Assembly: GCF_018977255.1 (NCBI RefSeq)
Contig: NW_024704743.1
Coordinates: forward strand, 13,766,001-13,830,000
Reading direction: 5' to 3'
Source of the DNA: Callorhinchus milii
Lineage: Eukaryota
Length of the DNA stretch: 64,000 nt
Position 1 is the stretch's first letter. Each line of letters begins with the position of its first letter. This document shows, piece after piece, positions 49,231 to 61,010 of the stretch. Position numbers and translations under genes: made by a program. Under the pieces are notes generated by a model. That model searched no databases, had not been told where the DNA came from, and saw nothing but the letters and a program-made list of their open reading frames with translations.

Positions 49231-51339
49231 AGCCCCATTCCCCCCCACAAGGAGTTGGCGTATGACGAGCGCAGGTGGAGCCCTCACTAGGTGGATGGCA
49301 GGTACCAGGAACTCCCAGCTACCGCATTTGCTTGCAAATACACTACATATTACATTAAATCCTGTGAAGCACTTTCATGTCCTCCAGACATTTACTATGG
49401 TAAATGCAAACATTACTATTATTCTTAGAGTACAGTGGCAAAGTTTTGTGTGAAAAAATGAGTCTGCAGCAAATGTGTTCCAAAAAATTCCAAAAAAGAC
49501 AGACCCTAGAAACAGAACGCCTTAGCTAAAATAAATACAATTCAAACAAACAAACAATTACAGTGACTTGCTTTAAATATTTGGAACAGATTTGCAATTA
49601 ACTCATCTTCCAATGTGGTTACCATATGCCAATAAAAGCAAAGTACTCAACTGCCACTGGTCATTCTGTATTGGCATTTAAAAACACTGCTGGGTGTGTA
49701 CAGTGTTTGTGTATACATCTAATGTCTGCAGTACATCTATGTTTGTATTTTGGTAAGCATTCATACCAGTGCCGATCTCACATCGACTCGACAAAATATA
49801 TTTTCAAAGAAGCTGGATTGAAACTGCACACTCTGTGTAACACAGCACATTTGTGGAATGCAGATATCTTTCAAAACATAGTGACTTTCAATTCATTATT
49901 CAAAGCAAAATTTACATAACTAATCTAAATACATAGCTTTTAGTCAGAATTGTACAAATGCCCAAGTAAGACAGTTACCTCCTTAGAGCCAGGACTTCAC
50001 ACTCAACGCTCACATGTGTGGGCAGCCGTTTATACAACAGAGAGTTGGGAGTTATGTATGTCTGACTGGGAGTTGGTTCAAATCAGACAACTCCATCTAG
50101 CACTTGTCATGTTAATCCAGCTTCACTCTACAGTAACAGAGTACAACTACAAGGTATCATCTTAATACATTTGGTAGCACCTTTGCCTTAAGGTAAAATA
50201 TGTGTATTTAGGATGAAACCTACTGTCTAAAAATTGGCTGCTACAGTTATCTGCAAATTCACAGATACTACTTGACACCAGTTAACTGTCAAACACTTTA
50301 AAACTTTGATGTTATAGGTACTATATCACATAGAAGAATTATTATTTTGACCGTGTTGCTAATCAATGTGATAATTATCATCGTTAATAATATCACGTGC
50401 AGCAATTTATCTTTCTCTCCCCCACCACCCCTTTAACAACAGACATTGCTGGTGACTGGGATCAGTTTGTAACTCCAGATTGGAATGCTTTTGTTACCTC
50501 GTCCGAGCATAGAGCAGCCAGACCTCATTGTGGTGTTCACCCTGTGTCGATCAAAGGCCTGCTGAGTTTTCCCAGTCACTTAAGAGTCTTAACAACATAA
50601 CAAAATATGGAAGAAGAAATCATTCAGCCCATCAAGCCCACTCCTTCCACAGACGCATGCAAACCCGACTCTAGGCTCTCACGAGCAGTTAGTTCTCCCA
50701 GACCCTACCCTGCGTTAAAGGTGCAACAACATAAAAGTAAGTTATTGTTCTCGTTAGAACCATAGTCCTTCAGACTGGAGGAATTTATAAGTGAATCTTC
50801 CATTTTTTGCTCTCTGTGCATTTATGGTGACTGCAGAGTGAATGAGTGAGTGAGTCATTGAGAGGACATAATTTCTGCTTTAAATGTTTTATAACTTCAA
50901 TCATAGAATATAAAAGGATTGCTCCCTAAAACAGCATCAACCCCATAAATAAACATTATTTTCTAGTTTAACATGCTTTTTTTTAAAAAGCCTATCAGAC
51001 TGTACTCAACCACAGAGCGTGAGCTTTGGAAACAAATCCAATTATTCCGTGTCTGTTAAAGTGAATTACGGATATCTGAATGACCCGTACTTTATTGTTA
51101 AAACCTGGAGTTCCATTGTGCATCTGGATTATACCACATGTCAGCAATTCTACTGGTTAATTGGTTCTATTCTCAGGACTTGTCAGGGCAAAGGTTTTAT
51201 TGAGCAATGGAGGAAGGCGGCTGAGTACCAGTTTGAGGACCTGTTCCAAGGGGAAGACACCAAGGTAAATAAAATAGATACAAGAAAAAAAATGTAAAAA
51301 GGGAATTTTACAAAGGGAGCATTTGAGCATTTGAGGTAT

Positions 51340-51470
51340 TCCTCTTTGACCATGCCTACGGTCACCTTCCCCCTCCCACTGGCTCAGCATTGGGCTCCAC
51401 CATTGTTAAGCGCTCTGGGACACTGCCCAGCGTGGAGAGCGCTATATAAATGCAAGTTGTTGTTGTTTGT
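51340..51470 (+). mobile_element. L2 type-B 3' end
   Basis: Near-identical to 36325-36447: CCCACTGGCTCAGCATTGGGCTCCACC...GCGCTATATAAATGCAAG(TTG)n. Confidence 0.8.
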
Positions 51471-51664
51471 TGTATTTTATTAATGTAAATGTAATAAAAA
51501 GACACGAAACAACATTTTTAATGGATAAAACAAAATAATGCAAAATTCTCAAAAAATAAAATATAAAACTATATTAAAAAAATTCTATCCAAAGGTACCA
51601 CTGGCTATGTTCTCTCTAATGCGTGTGATAGCTAGTTTTTTCCGCATGTTCGGTCAATGTGAGG

Positions 51665-52210
51665 ATTTGAATTGGTGGTAGCATTCTCATCTCTGGGTTA
51701 AGTTATAGATTCAAACCGTGACATGAACCTGAGCTCATAGTCTAGGCTGACACCGCTGTCATGTGTTGGGGTAGTTCTGAATTGTCAGAGGTGCTATCCT
51801 TCCAATGAATCGTTGAACGAGGCCCAGGCTTCGTGTTCAGGTGGACGTTAAAAATTCCATCCTATTTAAAATGAGGAGTCTGTCCCAGTGTTGCCCATAA
51901 AATACTCTATCAATCCACTTCAAAGTATATTCTATGATGTGCTTTGAGACCTCTCAATGATGTGATGAGGCGCTAAATCAAATGCAAGGATGATTATTAT
52001 TTTTATCATTATAATGTCCAGGTTAACAATCCTGCAGATTAAATTGATCATTAATTTCATGGCTGTTTGTGGGGACATTGTGGTGCATAAATTTGCTGTT
52101 AGGTTAACCTAATAAATTCGCAGTCACTACACTTGCCAGCAAATACCTATAAAGTAATTTGAGATGTTTTGATATTTTGGGCACCATATCAAATTCAAGG
52201 ATTATTAATA
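51665..52210 (+). mobile_element. DeuSINE carrying an inserted SINE tail (~51905-52010)
   Basis: Head TGGTAGCATTCTCATCTCTGGGT, core GTCAGAGGTGCTATCCTTCC...CAGGTGGACGTTAAAA, two tail segments. Confidence 0.7.
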
Positions 52211-52648
52211 TTAAAAATGCCACATTCTCTTCCCCCCAATACTACTCAATGAGAAGGTGGGGAGATGAAAGACCAAACCTCTGGCATCATTATTCAGCGT
52301 GTAGAAGCTGCAGGTTACGGTTACAATTCATATCCAAGTCATCGAAACCAATCTCTTGATGGTCCAGTCGCCTCATTCTGTGACCTGTGATATGGTAAGA
52401 GAGCTACATAGATTCTTATGAGGGTTATACTAGGGTCAATTCCGAGATTACATAATTGCTAAATATAAAGAATCTGCTGCTGGGAACACAAGGAAAGCCG
52501 AGAGTAACTCAGTGTAAGTTAAGCTCATTAAAAACACAATGAGGTGAAAAGCCACAGTGAACCCGAGTGCTAGTACTTGTGGGTTTAGCAATCTGATACA
52601 TTATCTGGCGTGAAGGGTGCTATAAATGTAAGTTGTTTAATATAATGT

Positions 52649-52955
52649 GGAGTCCTGTAGCTCAGTGGTGAGAGCACTCGCCTCGCAAGCAAGAGACTTA
52701 GGCTCAATTCCTGGCAGGGTGAAACTTTGGGCAACTTTCCTTGACCTTCACATGCCTGATAATAATCCCTCAAGAAGAAAAAACAATAAATTGGTTACTT
52801 CAATCCACGACTGTTTGTGGAACACTGCTGTGCGCAATTTTCTGCTGCATTTCGCCCACAAATATAGTCAATTCACTTTACGGTACATTCTGTGAAGGGC
52901 TTTGAGACATCTCAAAGACATGAAAAGCACTATATCAAATGCAAGCATTATTTAT
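52649..52955 (+). mobile_element. tRNA-Ala SINE, short form
   Basis: GGAGTCCTGTAGCTCAGTGG head through GCACTATATCAAATGCAAGCATTA tail. Confidence 0.88.
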
Positions 52956-53671
52956 CTATTATATAACACAATCCAATTCTGCCCTCCGCTTCACTTCTTG
53001 TTCAACCAATCTCTGGTGATGGTGAAACACACGATAAAACACACTGAGCTCTGAGGTCAATATAAGAGTCCGTTCTTAACTTGGTTCATTGAATACAACC
53101 ATATGTGAATGTCATGAATTTCCTCTTCTCTCTCTCTCACCACCTTGTCCAGTGCCATTCTGAATGGTGACTTCTGTAGCATTAGGTTTGAAGCTCACAG
53201 ACTCTGGACTTCCCTACTGGTTAGCAGGAAACTAGCTTTTTACAAATAAACCACAAAAGCAAGAGGCAGGCCATGAGTCAGAAGCTCAGTGCCCCAATAT
53301 GACTCACTGTTCTGAGTCAGACTTTTTGGAAGAGAAGCCAAAACCTGCTCTACATTAGGAGGTGGGGCAGAAAGATTTAAAAAAATCACAACACAAGTCA
53401 GCCTATGTCATTTCTAGAAACGGTTATTGAGTAACACACACTGCACCAGCACTTTAATGTTGTGTTCAAACTGCATGTTTGGCAGCCTTGAGATTTCTAC
53501 TGAACATTCAGTATGAATAGCACTGAAACCACACCTCCCTTCAACCCTGCTCTCCAAGCCAGTCCAAATGGCTTCAAAATTACCATTGTGTTTAACAATT
53601 CTGCACATCCTAAAATAATAATAAAAATCATCCTTGCATTGGATATATCATTTTATATTTCCTGATCATCT

Positions 53672-54470
53672 CATGCCAGCGCCTCTGCACCTCAGGCTCT
53701 GGCAGCATCAACCTCCATGGTTGCACACTACAACTCACCAAGCCAGTCAGGAAACTGGGTGTCTTGTTCGACCCTCAACGGTCTTTTCTTCCCCACATCC
53801 AAGCCTTCCCTCACCACCATAACATCGCCCGACTCCGCCACTGCCTCAACCGTCAGGACGCATAAACTCTTGTTCATGTCTTCATCACCTCCAGGCTTGA
53901 CTATGCAAATACCCTGCTTGTCAGCCTTCCCAACTCCTCCCTCCACAGGCTGCAGATAATCCAGAACTCTGCAGCCCGTGTCCTCTCCCGTACCAAACTC
54001 CGTGACCCCATCTCCCCCACTCTCGCCCAACTCCATTGGCTCCCTATCCTTCTGAATATCCAGTTCAAGATCCTGGTCCTCACCTACAAAACCCTCAACC
54101 CACCCTACCTCTGCGACCTCCTAACCCGCTACCAATCCACCCGCTCCCTCCGCTCAGCCGGCTCCGACCTGCTCCACATCTCCCGACCCACCCGCCCCAC
54201 CATTGGTAGGAAAATTTTCAGTCATTCTGCCCCCAACCTCTGGAATTCCATCCCCCAATCACTCCGCCTCGCACCCTTCTTAGCTTCCTTCAAGTCCCAC
54301 CTCAAGACCCTCCTCTTCGACCATGCCATCGGCCACCCCCCTTCCCTTCCCCTCCCTTCGCCCTCCCAGACCTCAGCTCGGGTCTGAAATGCTGTACACT
54401 GTCCAGCGACTTGGGACGTCCTCCTGAAGTGAATAGCGCTATACAAATGTAATCTTGTTGCTGTTGTTGT
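53672..54470 (+). mobile_element. 5'-truncated L2
   Basis: Homologous to 44335-44946 and 46135-47150; tail GGGACGTCCTCCTGAAGTGAATAGCGCTATACAAATG. Confidence 0.9.
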
Positions 54471-54474
54471 TATC

Positions 54475-54910
54475 ACATTTAAAGAATTCACAGTGTCTCA
54501 AAGCATTTCACAGGGTTCACTGAAAGTGTAGTAGATGTGCGTCTGTAAGCAAATGCGGCTGCCAACTTACGCACTGCAATATCCCATAAACAGTTATTAA
54601 GGGAGCAACTATTTTTTTTTATCTGGGAGATTGTGTGTCAACGTGAAGCAGACAGGACTTTGATTTAACGTCTTATCGGAAGAGACATCTCATCTCAAGC
54701 GCTCTGGGACTCCACCAGGCGTGAGGGGTGCTATATAAATGCAAGTTGTGGTTGTTGGAAGAGCAGCACCTTCAACTGTGCAATGTTCCCCCAGCACTTC
54801 AGGAGACTTTTAATCTGAAATAAGAGCTCAAATTCCTAACATGGAGCTTAAACCCACAACCTTCTGACTCAGATGTGAACATTCTACTGTATTAACTGAA
54901 CCAAGCTGAC
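54475..54910 (-). mobile_element. DeuSINE with an L2 tail inserted at 54685-54756
   Basis: Reverse head AAACCCACAACCTTCTGACTCAGA...CCAAGCTGAC; core split by a plus-strand L2 end flanked by GGAAGAG repeats. Confidence 0.78.
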
Positions 54911-56993
54911 AGCTACAACATAAACAGAGCTAATCTACATCCAGGGAAATTTACTCTTCATGGTGTAAATCAAAATTGACTAGTGTCGCTTTCACCCCCA
55001 GTTTGAATTTGGGAGGGAGGCGGTGGAAGAAAGAGTTGAAAATAAAAATCTCCCCCTTTCCTTTTATACATTAAATGGACATATCCAGTTATTTGAACAG
55101 TATTTTTCCAAGCCTTCTGTAAAAGCTGGAAGATGAGCTCAGTGGTATTTGATGTAGTCTCTGCTGCCTTTATTTTCTGCTCAGTGAAACAGCACTTAAG
55201 CCACTGAACCTCCCAGCACACAGTAAGAAGCTGAATGCTTTAAAGACGATTCGTAACTGCACAATATCCTTTTGAGAGCATATCAACAGCAGCTTTGTAT
55301 CCTGGGAAGCCCATTTTCTAAGGAAATGCTTATTGCATTGTTTAACACACAGAAGTGGAGAGATTGGGAGGAGATGGTGGAGGAGTGGAGGAGGGGCGAG
55401 GGGGGGACAGGGGATGGGAAAGGAAGGTCTCACAGACGAACATTAAGAAACAGATAATGTCTCTCTGCCTGCGTCACTGCTGTCTGAGCTCATGAAATGA
55501 CCCAGGTGGAGGCTGATTGAGATTCAAGGGGTTTATACAAAACACATGTCTGATGGCCTTTGCAAACATAAGTCCGGATTTGTTTGTGGGGGGGGAAAGG
55601 AAAGAGACTGCAAAATCTATTCCTTTGCTGCCAATACTTTACTGATAAAGAAACAGAGCCTCTCCTCTCCTCCCTTCTGATGTTGTCCTAACATCATTCC
55701 AAGAGTTCTGATAAACAGGAAAAGACCAAGAAGAATTCAAAACTAGTAACAAACATCTCAATCACTACCGCATTCATGAGGAATGAGGGACGGAGGGGGA
55801 GGATTACTGCCTAAAGTCACTCTCTACCTCAGTAGTACAACACAACTTTGGTTTTCTGAAGTATTGGGATTCAAATTGTCACTTTCTTAATAGAGGCTCT
55901 GTGTCACAATAGGAACAACCTTGGCAAATGACATTCCAATTCACAGAGCTGTGGAGACAGGCCATGTCTGAACCGAGTCATACGGTTTCTGGAAGGAGCC
56001 CCCACTTGCAACTCGGAGTCCTTAATAAGGCATTTCATTCAGAATCTTGGCACCAGTGGCGTAGCTAGGAATGGAAATTTGGGTGGGCACCAACTTATGG
56101 TGGATGGACAATTACCTCTCCAACTCTCTGCCCTTCCCATCATTCTCCCACCTCCCACTCTCCTCTCTTCCCATCGTTCCCCACACAACTTCCTAACTCC
56201 CACTCTGGCTCTCTTCCCGACTGATTTTAATGACAGCTTGATGTTATGTTGGGAAATGGTAGAGTGGGTGTTGTACAAGGATGAGACCTAATGGGTCAAA
56301 GGGTCTTCTCCATCCAAACCAATATTGTGATCCTGTGAGGATCTTCTCTGATGATTGGGGAGAGTCCGTGTGCATCACTGATCTCCTGAGAGTTCAGCCT
56401 GTCCATGGCCTGAAAGTAGTTAATGTTTTTCTGTTGGCTGCTGATGCCTCTGGAATGACCAACCTTTCGGTGCTCTCAGTCTCTCCCAAGGCAGCAGCAG
56501 CAACAGGGTCACCACACACAGCCCTAAGACGAGCAGTGACCATGGGATCATAAATGAAAGGAGTCGTAATTCTATCCACTCATCATATCTCCAAATAGAG
56601 TATTTGACCCACTTGCCTTCGCTAAGCTGCTAACTGGAAAAATAAGGGTTGAGGTACTGAAACATACCCTTTCATTCTGGGTGTTGATAAATGACTGCTT
56701 TTGCTAACAAGGATCATTCACACTACAGCCTTATTATGAGAACAGACCTTCCATACTTCAGTCCTTAAATAAAATCAACTACAGTATGGTTGAGAATGAT
56801 AAATAACAAGACTCAGAAATGTCCCAAAGGTTTTCAGAGTTTTAAATAACCCTTTAAAATAATTTAAAAATAAATACAGAATACTTTAGAGACTATAGCA
56901 TTTCTGTCTCTGACCTTCCGCAAACAAATCTTACCTAAGGCCACCTTCCAAAGTTAGTTGCTACAGTGGGTGTCATGTTGCAGCTCTTAGGGT

Positions 56994-57400
56994 GTCAGCC
57001 TGGCTCAGGTGGTAGGAATGTCATCTCTGGGTCAGAAGGCTGTGGGTTCACGTCCCACTGCAGGGACATAGAGCCCATAGTCTTATCAATATTAGAGGTG
57101 CTGTCATTAGGTGAGACATTAAATCGAGGTCCCGTCTGCCTGTTCATATGGACATTAAAGATACCATCCGAAACACTGCCTTGGGACATCCTCCTGACAT
57201 GAAAGGCATTATACAAATGTAATTTTGTTGTTGTTGTTGAAAAGAGAAGGGAGTTTCTCCTTCAAATAAATTGGTCATTCACCTGTTTGTGGGACACTGC
57301 TGTAGGCAAATTGGCTGTTGGCCTACAATTACGTAGTCTCTACATCTTACAGAAACACTTTTAAGAAGTTCTTGACATTGTAGGCGCTACACCAACTGCA
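56994..57400 (+). mobile_element. DeuSINE with an L2 tail inserted at ~57178-57239
   Basis: GTCAGCCTGGCTCAGGTGGTAGG head; core GAGACATTAAATCGAGGTCCCGTCTGCC. Confidence 0.78.
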
Positions 57401-57789
57401 TGTTTTTTCACAAAAATGTGTTTCTTGTAGCTGTGAGCAATAGTTCAATGCAATTCAATTGCAATGCCATCATTGCAATGGTAATTTTCCTATGTGTAAT
57501 AGTAGTTACTAATTCAATAAATTAAGAATCTATATTTTCAAAACATTCTTGCCACTATTGAGGCCAAATATTGTGGTCATATAGTTCTTCAAATAGGAAG
57601 CTTACTAAGTCGCACAAATGGGGACTTCTTCCAGCTGATGGTGGGGCAGGTGGGGAAGGGGGCATGAAGCAGGCCAATGCCCATTAAGCGAAGGGAGCAG
57701 TTGGGTCAAAATAGTTTCAGGAGGTCACCCAAGTAGAATGGGCGAAACGGTGCAGGGTTTTAAAGATGAAAATGAAGATAATACTAGTA

Positions 57790-58229
57790 TCAATCCTTGC
57801 ATTTGATATATTGCCTAATCACGTCATCGAAATGTCTCAAAGCGCTTCACAGGATATACTGTAAAGTGGATTAACTGTATATTTTGTGGTAAGGCAGGTC
57901 AGCCAATTTACGCACAGCAGTGTCCCATAAACAGCCGTGGAGTGGGTGATCAATTTTATTTGGGGGATTCTTGGCCAGGACACTGGAAGAAACTCCCTTC
58001 TCTTTACAAATAGTGCCATGGGATCTTTTACATCCCCCTAATCAGGCAGACAGGATCTCAGTTAGCATCTCATCCAAAGGACAGTACCTCAGACAATGCA
58101 ACAAACACCCCCGCAGCACTGCATTGTAGTGTCGGCTTAGACTATGTGAGTTCAAGTCCCGACGTGGGGCTTGAACTTACGACTTTCTGCCTCAGAGATG
58201 AGAATGTGCTACCACTGAACCAAGCTGAC
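57790..58229 (-). mobile_element. DeuSINE, full length
   Basis: Reverse head GGGGCTTGAAC...CCAAGCTGAC, core GTGCCATGGGATCTTTTACATCC, tail AGCGCTTCACAGG. Confidence 0.85.
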
Positions 58230-58529
58230 ACACATCTCCCAGAGGATTTTCAACTCGATCCTCAGGGGGATGGAGAATCAAAGTATGCAAAACAAACATG
58301 GCATTGAATTCCCAACCTGAAAGTCAGGAAATAACACTCTAGGAGGGCTCGTTGCCATAACGTGGTCGTTTGGTGAGTAATATTGGTGGACTTTACCCTA
58401 AAATGTATGTGTGTGTGGGTTGGGGGGAGGGGGAGGTGAGGGGAATGCCTGTGGACATTTCCTATCAAATCAATCCAGCATTGTCACGTGTCATGGAAAC
58501 ATCCTCCTGATGTAAAAGCCCGCTCATAA

Positions 58530-58695
58530 TGTTATCTGTCCGGTAAGCTTTTTCGCTGCTTGCGCAGCTAGGACTACCCTACCCATTAGGGCTTTGGCTT
58601 ACAGGATTAACAGGAGCTGAATGGGATGATTCCCTACCCCTAGTGACTGGTCTGCCTTTCCAAGTCCTGCCGATGAGCCAAGCTGGCTGTGCTGA
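58530..58695 (-). repeat. Family X internal fragment
   Basis: GCTTTGGCTTACAGG...CCTAGTGACTGGTCTGCCTTTCCAAGTCCTGCCGATGAGCCAAGCTGGCTGTGCTG. Confidence 0.65.
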
Positions 58696-58705
58696 AGCAA
58701 AGTAA

Positions 58706-58989
58706 TGTGTTACAATTTTGAAGTGTAAATAACATGGGAAATCAGCTAGCTCAGCAAAGACCAGGGATTGAACATAATATAAAGTTGTACTGTAATGGAA
58801 ATCCTTTAGCGATTATGGGACGGCAAGGTAATTTTTTAAAAAAAAGATGAAAATCCGGTCAAGATGCCTCAGTGGTTATTGTGCACTGTGTTGCTCAGTC
58901 ATGTGCACCACAAAGTTCCCATGTGCAATCCCTGGTCTCTGCTGAGCTGGCTGATTCCCTTGTTATTTATACTTCAAAATTGTAACACA
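58706..58989. repeat. ~70-bp inverted duplication with 145-bp spacer
   Basis: 58706-58775 versus reverse complement of 58921-58989: 6 differences. Confidence 0.9.
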
Positions 58990-60325
58990 CTTATTTATAA
59001 TAATAATAATCATAATCCTTGCAATTGGTATAGCACCTTACCACATTTTCAAAATGTCTAAACCGTTCTACAGGATTTACTGCAAAGTGTAGTGACTGTG
59101 TATTTGCAGACAAACAAATTTATAAACAGACGGAGATAAATCTGACAAACCATAACAGAACGAAGGGGAATAGTGGTAATGGATACACCACATGGAGTTC
59201 ACATAGCAGAATATGTATCCTCTCCCCACTCCCTCATGCCCCCTCCCCGTGCTTGGGGCAGATAATTGCTGATGGGTTTGCTAGCCTAAGGTTATGCACC
59301 AGATGTCAGGAAATGAAAGATTCAACAATAAGTCTCGAGATTTGTCAGCGAGTCTTATATTAACTCCATGCCTGTTGACAGCCATCGAGTGCGGATCTTG
59401 TAAACGGGACAGTTTAATGATTTGTTTTATCGGTAACTCATCAACATAGAATCCAGGTTCAGGCAGGGCACTTCCCTCTGAATGAAGTTCAGAGAGTTTA
59501 GTGCTATATACTTGTGATTGCTTTCACATTCCCACAGCACCTCTTGTTCCACTACTGAGAGCTGTCCTGTAGGATTGCCTTTGACGTATATTTAAATCAT
59601 GACTCATTCGGCATGATGAACTCTCTCTCTCTTGCACAGAGCCTGGTGAGGGACATTTAGAAGAAATTGTAGCCAGCCTTAACACAGGAGCAGAGACATT
59701 CACCATCTGTGACTTATCATAGGAAACCATAATGATATGACTGAAGAACTCTTTAAAAAGTAGCTTACTTTAGCAATATCTACTTATTCGTAACTTTTAA
59801 TATCCTTTTGTAAAAAAGTGATTTGCTCTAGTAACCAAGTCTCTAATAGTCAAAGAGTGACCAGGTATTGAACACACTTATATTCTCTGTCACTCCAGAC
59901 TTATTTTTGTTCTGTCAAAAAGAAGCAGAGATCATGATTTGTTCCAAGTCTGTCCTCCAGAACGACTCTCCCACAGTGAAAGCACTGCAGGCAATTTAAT
60001 GGGTACTGTGGGGCAATAACTAAGATCAGCCATGCGTTACAGATCGACCCAAACACCAAACACAGCTCTGGCTGGCCATCAGCATGAAGGAGTCAGCCTA
60101 AAAGTTACAGGAAGTACTATTGGCATCCTTCCCTGCATTTGATAGATTCCTTATTGAAACTTTTCCTTGGAACCACACACAAGCAACAGCTTGAGGGATG
60201 TGAACATCGGAAATGCAATCCAAGAGATGCCAATACATTACAATATTTACAAAAGTATCATAAGTACCATAATTATTTTTGGCCCTGCAATACAACGTGG
60301 GGAGAGGACACTGGATCAATGGAAT

Positions 60326-60560
60326 GTCTGACTGACAGGCTGAGCAACTGACTGACCGGCAGACTGACTGAATGACAAACACACTGACAGGCAGGTTGAC
60401 TGACAGGCTGACAGGCTGACTGACTGACACGCTGACAGACTGACTGACTGTCTGATTAACACACTGACAGGCTGACTGACTAACATACTGACTGACTGGC
60501 TGATTCACTAACACATTAACAGATTGGCTGACTGACGTACACACTAACAGGCTGATACAC
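60326..60560 (+). repeat. Degenerate (TGAC)n simple repeat
   Basis: Runs of CTGACTGACAGGCTGA; source of the Ser/Val/Gln-rich ORF 60098..60562. Confidence 0.85.
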
Positions 60561-60849
60561 ATTCATGCACACACAGCACACACCAACAGAAACATTCAAA
60601 TCATCTAGCGACATCGGTAATGACCTGATGACCCAGAAGTTGATCTTTTTAAGCATGAAAGTTAGTCGACCGGCTGTGCGCACATGAAGTGAAACTGGCC
60701 TTATTAGGTTGGGATTCCCCACCGTACCCCATTGATCCTCCCCCCATCCTACCCCTGTGACACCCCCCATCCCCCCCCTCACACATCTACTCTACCTCTG
60801 TGATGTCATGAAACCGTACTGCCCCCACAGTACAGTGCCTCCGACTTGA

Positions 60850-61010
60850 CCCCTCCTCACCTCTTTCAAGGTCCTCTTTAATCATGCTTTTGGTCATCTT
60901 TCCCCTCCCCATCGGCTCCCACCCCCAGCTCAGGTGCCCAGCCAGAACTGTCAAGTGCATTGGGACATCCTCATGATGTGAAACCCGCAATATCAATATA
61001 AATTTGCATT
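60850..61010 (+). mobile_element. Degenerate L2 3' end
   Basis: CCTCTTTAATCATGCTTTTGGTCATC...TGGGACATCCTCATGATGTGAAA. Confidence 0.6.

Noticed and set aside
56054..56110. hAT-like terminus CAGTGGCGTAGCTAGG
   Set aside because: No matching right terminus or 8-bp TSD found.
59640..59722. Possible plus-strand exon after CTCTTGCACAG (PGEGHLEEIVASLNTGAETFTICDLS*)
   Set aside because: Short, unrecognised peptide with no partner exons; no support for a nested gene.
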